64,000 nucleotides of DNA. Source: Escherichia phage vB_Eco_BCPEco_001. Position numbers and translations under genes: made by a program. The notes beneath the pieces are model-generated. The model did no database searches. It was not told where the DNA came from and saw nothing but the letters and a program-made list of their open reading frames with translations. Positions 48,805-59,495 of the stretch are shown here, one piece after another; position 1 is the stretch's first letter; every line of letters begins with the position of its first letter. The stretch lies in sequence record PV295200.1, one strand, 5' to 3'.

Positions 48805-49824
48805 ATGAAAATACTAAACTTGGGTGATTGGCATTTAGGCGTTAAAGCTGATGATGAGTGGATTCGCGGTATTCAAATTGATGGAATTAAGCAAGCGATA
48901 GAATATTCTAAGAAAAATGGAATTACGGTATGGATTCAATACGGTGATATTTTTGATGTACGAAAAGCGATCACGCATAAAACTATGGAGTTTGCCCGTG
49001 AAATAGTTCAAATGCTTGATGGTGCTGGAATCACATTACATACTATTGTAGGAAATCACGATCTCCACTACAAAAATGTAATGCATCCAAATGCTTCTAC
49101 TGAGCTTTTGGCTAAATATCCTAATGTTAAAGTATATGATAAGCCTACTACAGTAGATTTTGACGGGTGTTTGATTGATTTAATTCCTTGGATGTGTGAA
49201 GAAAATACTGGTGAAATTCTTGAGCATATCAAAACTTCATCTGCTTCTTTTTGTGTTGGTCACTGGGAACTGAATGGATTTTATTTTTATAAAGGAATGA
49301 AATCTCACGGTCTTGAACCTGATTTCCTTAAGACTTATAAAGAAGTGTGGTCTGGTCACTTCCATACTATCTCTGAGGCTGCTAACGTTAGATATATTGG
49401 GACACCATGGACACTAACTGCAGGTGACGAGAATGACCCTCGTGGGTTCTGGATGTTTGATACAGAAACAGAACGAATGGAATTTATTCCAAACAATACT
49501 ACCTGGCATCGTAGAATTCATTATCCATTTAAAGGAAAAATTGACTATAAAGATTTTACAAATCTATCAGTACGTGTTATAGTAACTGAAGTAGACAAAA
49601 ATCTGACGAAGTTCGAATCTGAACTAGAAAAAGTTGTGCATTCATTACGAGTTGTGTCAAAGATTGATAACTCTGTCGAGTCAGATGACAGTGAAGAAGT
49701 TGAAGTTCAATCGCTTCAGACATTAATGGAAGAGTATATTAATGCAATTCCAGACATCACCGATTCTGACCGTGAAGCACTTATTCAATATGCAAATCAG
49801 CTATATGTAGAGGCAACACAATGA
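48805..49824 (+). CDS. 47: recombination endonuclease subunit gp47 (Mre11-like)
   Basis: 339 aa as in T4 gp47; phosphoesterase motifs LGDWHLG and GNHD. Confidence 0.9.
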   Translation: MKILNLGDWHLGVKADDEWIRGIQIDGIKQAIEYSKKNGITVWIQYGDIFDVRKAITHKTMEFAREIVQMLDGAGITLHTIVGNHDLHYKNVMHPNASTELLAKYPNVKVYDKPTTVDFDGCLIDLIPWMCEENTGEILEHIKTSSASFCVGHWELNGFYFYKGMKSHGLEPDFLKTYKEVWSGHFHTISEAANVRYIGTPWTLTAGDENDPRGFWMFDTETERMEFIPNNTTWHRRIHYPFKGKIDYKDFTNLSVRVIVTEVDKNLTKFESELEKVVHSLRVVSKIDNSVESDDSEEVEVQSLQTLMEEYINAIPDITDSDREALIQYANQLYVEATQ

Positions 49825-50084
49825 CTTTTGATGAATTTAAAAATGTTATGATGAGTCAGCATTTTGAATGCGAAGTAAAAGATGATATTGGGCATAAAGA
49901 AATTATTGAATATTGGTTTGAACCACTAGAGGTTGAAGATAATTGTATTAAAAAGGTTACGGTCTGCACTGACTGGGCTGTATCTTTTAACTTCAACATT
50001 TTAGATAATGACACACCTAAATCATTACAAGATATGGCTGTATCTTGTATTAAGGATGCATACTGTGAAGTTTTCGACATTTGA
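49821..50084 (+). CDS. hypothetical protein
   Basis: 87 aa, ATGA-coupled to gene 47. Confidence 0.5.
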   Translation: MTFDEFKNVMMSQHFECEVKDDIGHKEIIEYWFEPLEVEDNCIKKVTVCTDWAVSFNFNILDNDTPKSLQDMAVSCIKDAYCEVFDI

Positions 50085-50271
50085 CATTAATGATGAATTC
50101 ATAGCAAACATTGATTATACCGAAGAAGATTCTAGATATGTTGGAATAATTTATATTACATCAAAAACAGCACAAGGTGTTGTTTGCATGGCTGAATTTG
50201 ATGAATACTTTTTAGATTATGATGATATGATAGAATGGTCTAAAAGATACATTAAAAGGAATCTTTTGTGA
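50056..50271 (+). CDS. hypothetical protein whose 5' end is repeated at the start of the downstream HNH gene
   Basis: 71 aa from an ATG (MHTVKFSTFDINDEF...); the track start 50008 is further upstream; 19-nt sequence ttgacattaatgatgaatt is repeated at 50284. Confidence 0.4.
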   Translation: MHTVKFSTFDINDEFIANIDYTEEDSRYVGIIYITSKTAQGVVCMAEFDEYFLDYDDMIEWSKRYIKRNLL

Positions 50272-51122
50272 AGAATTTTAAACTTGACATTAATGATGAA
50301 TTTTTAATAAAGGAATTAGTTGAAAAATTAGCGTTGAGTGAAGAAGACGCCAAGTCTTACATTAATTTTATTTCTATGAATTCAACTGTTAAAACTCCAG
50401 GTAAAACGGAAGCACACCACGTGCTTCCTAAATCAATATTTCCTGAATATTTAAAATCTACATGGAATTTAGTTAATTTAAGTCATTTTAATCATTTTAA
50501 AGCACACTTCTTATTAGCAAAAGGTAAAAATGGAAAAATGCTAAATGCTTTAAATAGAATGATGTCAGGGAAAACATATAAAAATTTATCTTTAGCCGAA
50601 GTTGATTTAATAGCTGCTGAATATAGTTTTATAAAACAAGATGTAAGTGACACAATATCAAAAAGGCTTCAACAGTATTATTCAAATCCGCAAAATAGAA
50701 ATGCTGCTAGAGAAAGGGCATTAAAATATTTTTCAGTAGCAAAAAATAGGAAAGATAACAAAGAAAGATTAAATAATTTTAAAACAAAACAAAAAATTTC
50801 AATGGCTTCAAGGGAATGGTTTAATAACGAAGAAAACAAAATTAAACACCAAAAGGCTGTTCGTGCTGCTTTATCAAAACCTGAATATAAAATAGCTATA
50901 TCAAATTCAGTAGCTGCTAGTTGGAAAAATCCGGAGATTAGAAAAGCTCATATAGCATCTAGACGAAAAGGCTATCATTGGGATAATAAAGATAAATTGT
51001 ATGAATTGTGGATATCATATAATCGTCCTAAACATGTGATGTTTAGGAAAATGTTAGTTAAGAATGGATATCCAATAGAGGCTTCATTACAGGCTTTAGT
51101 TAAAGAATTTTCTTCATTGTGA
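50268..51122 (+). CDS. HNH homing endonuclease, free-standing between genes 47 and 46
   Basis: 284 aa; HNH-like core KTEAHHVLPKS...NLVNLSHFNHFKAHF; basic C-terminal half; apparent GTG start; N-terminus KNFKLDINDEF repeats the upstream gene N-terminus. Confidence 0.6.
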   Translation: MKNFKLDINDEFLIKELVEKLALSEEDAKSYINFISMNSTVKTPGKTEAHHVLPKSIFPEYLKSTWNLVNLSHFNHFKAHFLLAKGKNGKMLNALNRMMSGKTYKNLSLAEVDLIAAEYSFIKQDVSDTISKRLQQYYSNPQNRNAARERALKYFSVAKNRKDNKERLNNFKTKQKISMASREWFNNEENKIKHQKAVRAALSKPEYKIAISNSVAASWKNPEIRKAHIASRRKGYHWDNKDKLYELWISYNRPKHVMFRKMLVKNGYPIEASLQALVKEFSSL

Positions 51123-51137
51123 ACAATTGGATACAAA

Positions 51138-52820
51138 ATGAAATCATTTAAACTTAATAGAGTAAAATATAAAAATATAATGTCAGTTGGTCAAAATGGA
51201 GTTGACATTCAATTAGATAAGGTTCAAAAAACTCTTATTACTGGACGAAATGGCGGTGGTAAGTCTACTATGCTAGAAGCCATCACATTTGGGCTTTTTG
51301 GCAAGCCATTTCGTGATGTAAAGAAAGGCCAATTAATAAACAGCACAAATAAGAAAGAACTTTTAGTTGAACTGTGGATGGAATATGATGAGAAAAAGTA
51401 CTATATCAAAAGAGGACAAAAACCAAACGTTTTCGAAATCACCGTTAACGGTACACGTCTTAATGAATCTGCCAGCAGTAAAGATTTCCAAGCAGAATTT
51501 GAACAGCTTATCGGAATGTCATATTCCAGTTTCAAGCAGATTGTTGTCCTTGGTACAGCAGGGTATACCCCTTTCATGGGTTTGTCGACCCCTGCGCGAA
51601 GAAAGCTTGTGGAAGACCTGCTTGAGGTAGGAACATTAGCTGAAATGGATAAGCTTAATAAAGCACTAATACGTGAATTAAATTCGCAGAACCAAGTGCT
51701 TGATGTTAAAAAAGATAGTATTATCCAACAAATTAAAATATATAATGATAATGTTGAACGCCAGAAAAAATTAACTGGCGACAACCTTACTCGTCTACAA
51801 AATATGTATGATGATTTGGCAAAAGAAGCTAGAACGCTAAAATCGGAAATAGAAGAAGCTAATGAAAGATTAGTTAATATTGTTTTAGATGAAGACCCAA
51901 CTGATGCATTTAATAAAATCGGTCAAGAAGCAGTTTTAATTAAATCAAAAATTGACTCGTATAATAAAGTCATTAATATGTATCACGAAGGTGGATTATG
52001 TCCAACCTGCTTGTCACAATTAAGTTCCGGTGATAAAGTTGTTTCTAAAATTAAAGATAAAGTTTCTGAATGTACGCATTCGTTTGAACAGCTTTCAACA
52101 CACCGTGATAATTTAAAAGTTCTTGTTGATGAATACCGAGATAATATTAAAACCCAACAGTCGTTGGCAAATGATATTCGCAATAAAAAGCAATCTCTAA
52201 TCACGACAGTAGATAAAGCTAAAAAAGTTAAAGCGGCTATAGAAAAAGCATCTTCTGAGTTTATTGACCATGCTGATGAAATAGCACTGCTTCAAGAAGA
52301 ACTTGATAAAATTGTTAAGACAAAAACTAATTTAGTAATGGAAAAATACCACCGAGGAATTTTGACTGATATGCTCAAAGATTCTGGTATTAAAGGTGCT
52401 ATTATTAAAAAGTACATTCCATTATTTAATAAGCAGATTAACCATTATCTTAAAATAATGGAAGCGGATTATGTGTTTACATTAGATGAAGAATTTAATG
52501 AGACAATTAAATCCCGCGGTCGTGAAGATTTTAGTTATGCTTCATTTAGTGAAGGTGAAAAAGCACGAATTGATATTGCTCTTTTATTTACTTGGCGTGA
52601 TATTGCTTCTATTGTATCTGGTGTTAGTATTAGTACATTAATACTCGATGAAGTGTTTGATGGGTCATTTGATGCCGAAGGTATTAAAGGTGTAGCTAAT
52701 ATTATAAATTCAATGAAAAACACTAATGTTTTTATAATTTCACATAAAGACCATGACCCGCAAGAATATGGTCAGCATCTTCAAATGAAGAAAGTTGGTC
52801 GATTTACTGTAATGGTTTAA
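51138..52820 (+). CDS. 46: recombination endonuclease subunit gp46 (Rad50/SbcC-like ATPase)
   Basis: 560 aa as in T4 gp46; Walker A GRNGGGKST; central coiled coil with CPTC zinc hook; C-terminal D-loop LILDEVFD. Confidence 0.9.
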   Translation: MKSFKLNRVKYKNIMSVGQNGVDIQLDKVQKTLITGRNGGGKSTMLEAITFGLFGKPFRDVKKGQLINSTNKKELLVELWMEYDEKKYYIKRGQKPNVFEITVNGTRLNESASSKDFQAEFEQLIGMSYSSFKQIVVLGTAGYTPFMGLSTPARRKLVEDLLEVGTLAEMDKLNKALIRELNSQNQVLDVKKDSIIQQIKIYNDNVERQKKLTGDNLTRLQNMYDDLAKEARTLKSEIEEANERLVNIVLDEDPTDAFNKIGQEAVLIKSKIDSYNKVINMYHEGGLCPTCLSQLSSGDKVVSKIKDKVSECTHSFEQLSTHRDNLKVLVDEYRDNIKTQQSLANDIRNKKQSLITTVDKAKKVKAAIEKASSEFIDHADEIALLQEELDKIVKTKTNLVMEKYHRGILTDMLKDSGIKGAIIKKYIPLFNKQINHYLKIMEADYVFTLDEEFNETIKSRGREDFSYASFSEGEKARIDIALLFTWRDIASIVSGVSISTLILDEVFDGSFDAEGIKGVANIINSMKNTNVFIISHKDHDPQEYGQHLQMKKVGRFTVMV

Positions 52821-52875
52821 TTTATAAGAGATTATGCTTTAATTTATTAGAGTATAATCTCTATGGAGGAAAAAC

Positions 52876-53064
52876 ATGGAATATTCAACTGGACAACATC
52901 TATTAACTATTCCTGAAATAAAACGATATATTCTGAGAAATAATTTTTCTAATGAAGAGCATATAGTTACTGAATCTATGCTTAGGAATGCATTTAAAGC
53001 AGAATATACAAAAATAATGTCCAATAGAAATGAAGCTTGGACTGTTACTGATTATTATGACTAA
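52876..53064 (+). CDS. hypothetical protein
   Basis: 62 aa; SD GGAGGA. Confidence 0.45.
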   Translation: MEYSTGQHLLTIPEIKRYILRNNFSNEEHIVTESMLRNAFKAEYTKIMSNRNEAWTVTDYYD

Positions 53065-53073
53065 AGGTGTATT

Positions 53074-53463
53074 ATGACTAAAATTACTGTGAATTATAAC
53101 GTTGATGTAAAAGATATTCAGCCAAAACACGTGCGTTCTGAATCAAATCCACAAAACCAAAATAAAATTCGTCGAGCTTGGGTTTTGTCTCTTTCTGATA
53201 ACGCAATGGAAGTTATTCAGAATAAAATTAAATCTGCACCTGCTCGTCATGCGTATTATGAAGCTATCGATCGTGAAGTAAGTAATAAATGGATTGAACT
53301 AATGCGCAAACATACTACAGAATCCCTAAACGCCGGTGCTAAATTTATTATGACTTCATGTGGTGAACGCCTTGAAGATGATTATTGCGGTAATGCAGAT
53401 GAACGTCTAATTGTTGCTGCTCAAATTGTTGCGGAAACAATTGCGGCTGATTTTAATCGTTAA
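53074..53463 (+). CDS. rpbA: RNA polymerase-binding protein RpbA
   Basis: 129 aa as in T4 RpbA; immediately upstream of gene 45. Confidence 0.65.
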   Translation: MTKITVNYNVDVKDIQPKHVRSESNPQNQNKIRRAWVLSLSDNAMEVIQNKIKSAPARHAYYEAIDREVSNKWIELMRKHTTESLNAGAKFIMTSCGERLEDDYCGNADERLIVAAQIVAETIAADFNR

Positions 53464-53487
53464 TTGCTTTATTAAATTAGTTATAAA
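53464..53487 (+). promoter_or_regulatory. candidate MotA-dependent middle promoter (MotA box TTGCTTTA plus -10 TATAAA) upstream of gene 45
   Basis: ttgctttattaaattagttataaaatt; T4 gene 45 is known to have a middle promoter. Confidence 0.45.
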
Positions 53488-53518
53488 ATTAAATCTCATT
53501 TGAATTGAAGGAAATTAC

Positions 53519-54205
53519 ATGAAACTGTCTAAAGATACTACTGCTCTGCTTAAAAATTTCGCTACTATTAACTCTGGTATTATGCTTAAATCCGGTCAAT
53601 TTATTATGACTCGCGCAGTTAATGGTACAACTTATGCGGAAGCAAATATTTCTGACGTTATTGACTTTGATGTAGCAATTTACGATTTGAACGGTTTTCT
53701 CGGTATTCTGTCTCTAGTTAATGATGATGCAGAAATTTCCCAGTCAGAAGATGGAAATATTAAAATTGCTGATGCCCGCTCAACAATTTTTTGGCCAGCA
53801 GCCGATCCGAGTACAGTAGTTGCTCCTAATAAACCAATTCCATTCCCGGTAGCATCTGTTGTTACTGAAATTAAAGCTGAAGACCTTCAACAACTGTTGC
53901 GTGTATCTCGTGGTCTGCAAATTGATACAATTGCTATCACGGTAAAAGAAGGTAAAATCGTAATTAACGGTTTTAATAAAGTAGAAGATTCTGCTCTGAC
54001 CCGTGTTAAATATTCTTTGACTCTTGGTGATTATGATGGTGAAAATACATTTAATTTCATTATCAATATGGCAAATATGAAAATGCAACCAGGAAATTAT
54101 AAACTTCTGCTTTGGGCAAAAGGTAAACAAGGCGCTGCTAAATTTGAAGGTGAACATGCGAATTATGTAGTAGCTCTTGAAGCTGATTCTACCCACGATT
54201 TTTAA
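53519..54205 (+). CDS. 45: sliding clamp gp45
   Basis: 228 aa; MKLSKDTTALLKNFATINSGIMLKSGQFIMTRAVNGTTYAEANISDVIDFDVAIYDLNGFLGILSLV matches T4 gp45 from memory; followed by the hairpin agggcttcggccct. Confidence 0.9.
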   Translation: MKLSKDTTALLKNFATINSGIMLKSGQFIMTRAVNGTTYAEANISDVIDFDVAIYDLNGFLGILSLVNDDAEISQSEDGNIKIADARSTIFWPAADPSTVVAPNKPIPFPVASVVTEIKAEDLQQLLRVSRGLQIDTIAITVKEGKIVINGFNKVEDSALTRVKYSLTLGDYDGENTFNFIINMANMKMQPGNYKLLLWAKGKQGAAKFEGEHANYVVALEADSTHDF

Positions 54206-54256
54206 TAAAGGGCTTCGGCCCTTTATAATTTACACTAAAACTTGAATGAGGAAATT

Positions 54257-55216
54257 ATGATTACCGTAAATGAAAAAGAACACATTCTTGAACAGAAATA
54301 TCGTCCATCTACTATCGATGAATGTATTCTTCCCGCCTTTGATAAAGAAACCTTTAAATCTATTACAAGTAAAGGTAAGATTCCACATATTATTCTTCAT
54401 TCTCCTTCTCCAGGAACAGGTAAAACAACTGTAGCAAAAGCATTGTGTCATGATGTAAATGCTGATATGATGTTTGTGAATGGATCAGACTGTAAAATTG
54501 ATTTCGTTCGTGGTCCTTTGACTAATTTTGCCAGCGCCGCTTCATTTGATGGTCGTCAAAAAGTAATCGTTATTGATGAATTTGACCGCTCAGGGTTAGC
54601 AGAGTCTCAGCGACATCTTCGTTCCTTTATGGAAGCTTATAGTTCAAACTGTAGTATTATTATTACTGCTAACAATATTGATGGTATTATTAAACCGCTT
54701 CAGTCACGCTGCCGAGTTATTACATTCGGTCAACCAACTGATGAAGATAAAATTGAAATGATGAAGCAGATGATTCGTCGATTGACTGAAATCTGCAAGC
54801 ATGAAGGAATTGCTATAGCTGATATGAAAGTTGTAGCAGCTTTGGTTAAAAAGAATTTTCCTGATTTTCGTAAAACTATTGGCGAGCTCGATAGTTATTC
54901 ATCTAAAGGTGTTTTGGATGCTGGTATTTTATCACTGGTTACTAACGATCGTGGTGCTATTGATGATGTTCTTGAGTCTCTCAAAAATAAAGATGTTAAA
55001 CAACTCAGAGCTTTAGCACCAAAATATGCAGCTGATTATTCGTGGTTCGTTGGTAAACTTGCCGAAGAAATCTATTCACGTGTAACTCCACAAAGTATTA
55101 TTCGTATGTACGAAATTGTCGGCGAAAATAATCAGTATCATGGTATTGCAGCTAACACTGAATTACATTTAGCTTATCTTTTCATTCAATTAGCATGCGA
55201 AATGCAGTGGAAGTAA
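54257..55216 (+). CDS. 44: clamp loader large subunit gp44
   Basis: 319 aa from [17 protein letters not shown]; Walker [11 protein letters not shown]; the track start at 54242 is a TTG. Confidence 0.9.
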
Positions 55217-55217
55217 T

Positions 55218-55781
55218 ATGAGCTTATTTGAAGATGATATTCAATTAAACGAGCATCAAATTGCTTGGTATTCAAAAGATTGGACAGCTGTCCAATCCGC
55301 TGCTGATTCTTTTAAAGAAAAAGCTGAAAATGAGTTTTTTGAAATAATTGGAGCTATTAATAATAAAACTAAATGCTCTATTGCTCAAAAAGATTATTCA
55401 AAATTCATGGTTGAGAATGCATTATCACAATTTCCTGAATGCATGCCAGCTGTATATGCTATGAATTTAATTGGATCAGGCTTAAGCGATGAAGCTCATT
55501 TTAATTATCTAATGGCTGCAGTTCCTCGTGGTAAAAGATATGGTAAATGGGCAAAACTGGTTGAAGATTCCACCGAAGTATTGATTATTAAGTTACTTGC
55601 TAAGCGGTATCAAGTTAATACAAATGATGCAATTAACTATAAATCAATTCTTACTAAAAATGGAAAACTTCCTTTAGTATTAAAAGAACTAAAAGGTTTA
55701 GTCACGGATGATTTTTTGAAAGAAGTGACTAAGAACGTAAAAGAACAGAAACAACTCAAAAAACTAGCATTGGAATGGTAA
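55218..55781 (+). CDS. 62: clamp loader small subunit gp62
   Basis: 187 aa as in T4 gp62; tightly coupled to gene 44. Confidence 0.85.
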   Translation: MSLFEDDIQLNEHQIAWYSKDWTAVQSAADSFKEKAENEFFEIIGAINNKTKCSIAQKDYSKFMVENALSQFPECMPAVYAMNLIGSGLSDEAHFNYLMAAVPRGKRYGKWAKLVEDSTEVLIIKLLAKRYQVNTNDAINYKSILTKNGKLPLVLKELKGLVTDDFLKEVTKNVKEQKQLKKLALEW

Positions 55782-55782
55782 A

Positions 55783-56151
55783 ATGATTGAAATTACTCTT
55801 AAAAAACCTGAAGATTTTCTGAAAGTAAAAGAAACTTTGACTCGTATGGGAATTGCTAATAATAAAGATAAAGTTCTGTATCAGTCCTGTCATATTCTTC
55901 AGAAAAAAGGACTATACTATATCGTTCATTTTAAAGAAATGCTTCGTATGGATGGTCGCCAAGTTGAAATGACAGAAGAAGATGAAGTTCGTCGTGATTC
56001 GATTGCATGGTTGTTAGAAGATTGGGGACTGATTGAAATCGTCCCTGGTCAAAGAACTTTTATGAAAGATTTAACTAATAACTTCCGAGTTATTTCTTTT
56101 AAACAAAAACATGAATGGAAACTCGTTCCTAAATATACGATTGGTAATTAA
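55783..56151 (+). CDS. regA: translational repressor RegA
   Basis: 122 aa; MIEITLKKPEDFLKVKETLTRMGIANNKDKVLYQSCHILQKKGLYYIVHFKEM matches T4 RegA from memory. Confidence 0.9.
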   Translation: MIEITLKKPEDFLKVKETLTRMGIANNKDKVLYQSCHILQKKGLYYIVHFKEMLRMDGRQVEMTEEDEVRRDSIAWLLEDWGLIEIVPGQRTFMKDLTNNFRVISFKQKHEWKLVPKYTIGN

Positions 56152-56229
56152 GCAAGGGGCTTCGGCCCCTTATTTGGAGTATAATATATCAAGAGCCTAA
56201 TAATTCGGGCTATAAACTAAGGAATATCT

Positions 56230-58926
56230 ATGAAAGAATTTTATATCTCTATTGAAACAGTCGGAAATAACATTGTTGAACGTTATATTGATGAAAACGG
56301 AAAGGAACGTACTCGTGAAGTAGAATATCTTCCGACTATGTTTAGGCATTGTAAGGAAGAGTCAAAATACAAAGACATCTATGGTAAAAACTGCGCTCCT
56401 CAAAAATTTCCATCAATGAAAGATGCTCGAGATTGGATGAAGCGAATGGAAGACATCGGTCTCGAAGCTCTCGGTATGAACGATTTTAAACTCGCTTATA
56501 TCAGTGATACGTATGGTTCAGAAATTGTTTATGACCGAAAATTTGTTCGTGTAGCTAACTGCGACATTGAGGTTACTGGTGATAAATTTCCTGACCCAAT
56601 GAAAGCTGAATATGAAATTGATGCTATCACTCATTACGATTCAATTGACGATCGTTTTTATGTTTTCGACCTTTTGAATTCAATGTACGGTTCAGTATCA
56701 AAATGGGATGCAAAGTTAGCTGCTAAGCTTGACTGTGAAGGCGGTGATGAAGTTCCTCAAGAAATTCTTGACAGAGTAATTTATATGCCATTCGATAATG
56801 AGCGTGATATGCTCATGGAATATATCAATCTCTGGGAACAGAAACGACCTGCTATTTTTACCGGTTGGAATATTGAGGGGTTTGACGTTCCGTATATCAT
56901 GAATCGCGTTAAAATGATTCTGGGCGAACGTAGTATGAAACGCTTCTCTCCAATCGGTCGAGTAAAATCTAAACTAATTCAAAATATGTACGGTAGCAAA
57001 GAAATTTATTCTATTGATGGCGTATCTATTCTTGATTATTTAGATTTGTACAAGAAATTCGCATTTACTAATTTGCCGTCATTCTCTTTGGAATCAGTTG
57101 CTCAACATGAAACCAAAAAAGGTAAATTACCATACGACGGTCCTATTAATAAACTTCGTGAGACTAATCATCAACGATACATTAGTTATAACATCATTGA
57201 CGTAGAATCAGTTCAAGCAATTGATAAAATTCGTGGGTTTATCGATCTAGTTTTAAGTATGTCTTATTACGCTAAAATGCCTTTTTCTGGTGTAATGAGT
57301 CCTATTAAAACTTGGGATGCTATTATTTTTAACTCATTGAAAGGTGAACACAAGGTTATTCCTCAGCAAGGTTCGCACGTTAAACAAAGTTTTCCGGGTG
57401 CATTTGTATTTGAACCTAAACCAATTGCTCGTCGATATATTATGAGTTTTGACTTGACGTCTCTGTATCCTAGCATTATTCGTCAGGTTAACATTAGTCC
57501 TGAAACTATTCGTGGTCAGTTCAAAGTTCATCCAATTCATGAATATATCGCAGGAACAGCTCCTAAACCGAGTGATGAATATTCTTGTTCTCCGAATGGA
57601 TGGATGTATGATAAGCATCAAGAAGGTATCATTCCAAAGGAAATCGCTAAAGTATTTTTCCAGCGTAAAGACTGGAAAAAGAAAATGTTCGCTGAAGAAA
57701 TGAATGCCGAAGCTATTAAAAAGATTATTATGAAAGGCGCAGGGTCTTGTTCAACTAAACCAGAAGTTGAACGATATGTTAAGTTCAGTGATGATTTCTT
57801 AAATGAACTATCGAATTATACTGAATCTGTTCTCAATAGTCTGATTGAAGAATGTGAAAAAGCGGCTACACTTGCTAATACAAATCAGCTAAACCGTAAA
57901 ATTCTTATTAACAGTCTTTATGGTGCTCTTGGTAATATTCATTTCCGTTACTATGATTTGCGAAATGCTACTGCTATCACAATTTTTGGCCAAGTCGGTA
58001 TTCAGTGGATTGCTCGTAAAATTAATGAATATCTGAATAAAGTATGCGGAACTAATGGTGAAGATTTCATCGCAGCAGGTGATACTGATTCGGTATATGT
58101 TTGTGTAGATAAAGTTATTGAAAAAGTTGGTCTTGACCGATTCAAAGAGCAGAACGATTTGGTTGAATTTATGAATCAGTTCGGTAAGAAAAAGATGGAA
58201 CCTATGATTGATGTTGCATATCGTGAGTTATGTGATTATATGAATAACCGCGAGCATCTGATGCATATGGACCGTGAAGCTATTTCTTGCCCTCCACTTG
58301 GTTCAAAGGGCGTTGGTGGATTTTGGAAAGCGAAAAAGCGTTATGCTCTGAACGTTTATGATATGGAAGATAAGCGATTTGCTGAACCACATCTAAAAAT
58401 CATGGGTATGGAAACTCAGCAGAGTTCAACACCAAAAGCAGTGCAAGAAGCTCTCGAAGAAAGTATTCGTCGTATTCTTCAGGAAGGTGAAGAGTCTGTC
58501 CAAGAATATTACAAGAGCTTCGAGAAAGAATATCGTCAACTTGACTATAAAGTTATTGCTGAAGTAAAAACTGCGAACGATATAGCGAAATATGATGATA
58601 AAGGTTGGCCAGGATTTAAATGCCCGTTCCATATTCGTGGTGTGCTAACTTATCGTCGAGCTGTTAGTGGTCTGGGTGTAGCTCCAATTTTGGATGGAAA
58701 TAAGGTAATGGTTCTTCCATTGCGTGAAGGAAATCCGTTTGGTGACAAGTGCATTGCTTGGCCGTCAGGCACAGAACTTCCAAAAGAAATTCGTTCTGAC
58801 GTACTGTCGTGGATTGACTACTCAACTTTGTTCCAAAAATCGTTTGTTAAACCGCTTGCGGGTATGTGTGAATCGGCTGGTATGGACTATGAGGAAAAAG
58901 CTTCGTTAGACTTCCTGTTTGGCTGA
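56230..58926 (+). CDS. 43: DNA polymerase gp43 (family B)
   Basis: 898 aa; MKEFYISIETVGNNIVERYIDENGKERTREVEYLP matches T4 gp43 from memory; polymerase motifs DLTSLYPSII and AAGDTDS. Confidence 0.95.
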   Translation: MKEFYISIETVGNNIVERYIDENGKERTREVEYLPTMFRHCKEESKYKDIYGKNCAPQKFPSMKDARDWMKRMEDIGLEALGMNDFKLAYISDTYGSEIVYDRKFVRVANCDIEVTGDKFPDPMKAEYEIDAITHYDSIDDRFYVFDLLNSMYGSVSKWDAKLAAKLDCEGGDEVPQEILDRVIYMPFDNERDMLMEYINLWEQKRPAIFTGWNIEGFDVPYIMNRVKMILGERSMKRFSPIGRVKSKLIQNMYGSKEIYSIDGVSILDYLDLYKKFAFTNLPSFSLESVAQHETKKGKLPYDGPINKLRETNHQRYISYNIIDVESVQAIDKIRGFIDLVLSMSYYAKMPFSGVMSPIKTWDAIIFNSLKGEHKVIPQQGSHVKQSFPGAFVFEPKPIARRYIMSFDLTSLYPSIIRQVNISPETIRGQFKVHPIHEYIAGTAPKPSDEYSCSPNGWMYDKHQEGIIPKEIAKVFFQRKDWKKKMFAEEMNAEAIKKIIMKGAGSCSTKPEVERYVKFSDDFLNELSNYTESVLNSLIEECEKAATLANTNQLNRKILINSLYGALGNIHFRYYDLRNATAITIFGQVGIQWIARKINEYLNKVCGTNGEDFIAAGDTDSVYVCVDKVIEKVGLDRFKEQNDLVEFMNQFGKKKMEPMIDVAYRELCDYMNNREHLMHMDREAISCPPLGSKGVGGFWKAKKRYALNVYDMEDKRFAEPHLKIMGMETQQSSTPKAVQEALEESIRRILQEGEESVQEYYKSFEKEYRQLDYKVIAEVKTANDIAKYDDKGWPGFKCPFHIRGVLTYRRAVSGLGVAPILDGNKVMVLPLREGNPFGDKCIAWPSGTELPKEIRSDVLSWIDYSTLFQKSFVKPLAGMCESAGMDYEEKASLDFLFG

Positions 58927-58939
58927 TAGAATAAATCTA

Positions 58940-58960
58940 GGGACCTCCGGGTCCCTTTTT
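58940..58960 (+). terminator. rho-independent terminator after gene 43
   Basis: gggacc tccg ggtccc followed by ttttt. Confidence 0.65.
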
Positions 58961-59025
58961 CATACAAGTAATATAAATCTATACTTATGAAAAACAGATG
59001 ATTCTGGACCTTTAGAATTCCCTAA

Positions 59026-59073
59026 AAATTTTTTCACAAAGTTGTTTACATCCCTGTTCTTCCATGGTACTAT
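59026..59073 (+). promoter_or_regulatory. early promoter with conserved leader (near-identical to 30772-30854)
   Basis: aaaaattttttcacaaagttgtttacatccctgttcttccatggtactatacaactatcaactgatacggatttggagaatgaaATG. Confidence 0.6.
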
Positions 59074-59107
59074 ACAACTATCAACTGATACGGATTTGGA
59101 GAATGAA

Positions 59108-59488
59108 ATGAAAATCGCTATTTTGGTTATTGCATTAGGTCTTACTGGTTGTGTAGCTCAAGGACCGGTAGTAAATCAGTCTGATGCAGGAAAAATTGTA
59201 AACTGTTCAAGCAAATTTTATAATCCTAATGTCAAGTGTTATAAAGAAGCTCCAAAGCAAACAGTAGAACAAATGCAGGCGAATTTTGACGAAGCTATTC
59301 GTCCAGATGAATCTGCTCAAGCATATCGTAATTCAGATGTAATTACACGCGAAGAAAAAATTGAAAACTACTGCGCTGAACTTTGGGCAAATTGGGCTAA
59401 TAATTACCAGTGGCGTACAGGTAAAAATGCTCCGATGGAGTATGTAGTGAATTCTTATAATTCATGTGTAAAAAATTTGACTAAGTGA
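59108..59488 (+). CDS. putative lipoprotein
   Basis: 126 aa from MKIAILVIALGLTGC (lipobox LTGC); the track ORF 59042 is an extension through the promoter. Confidence 0.5.
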   Translation: MKIAILVIALGLTGCVAQGPVVNQSDAGKIVNCSSKFYNPNVKCYKEAPKQTVEQMQANFDEAIRPDESAQAYRNSDVITREEKIENYCAELWANWANNYQWRTGKNAPMEYVVNSYNSCVKNLTK

Positions 59489-59495
59489 GGAAAAC

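Noticed and set aside
51367-52723. Alternative-frame ORFs within gene 46 (51367-51630, 51401-51784, 51983-52204, 52535-52723)
   Set aside because: Embedded in a well-supported 560 aa gene with no independent signals.
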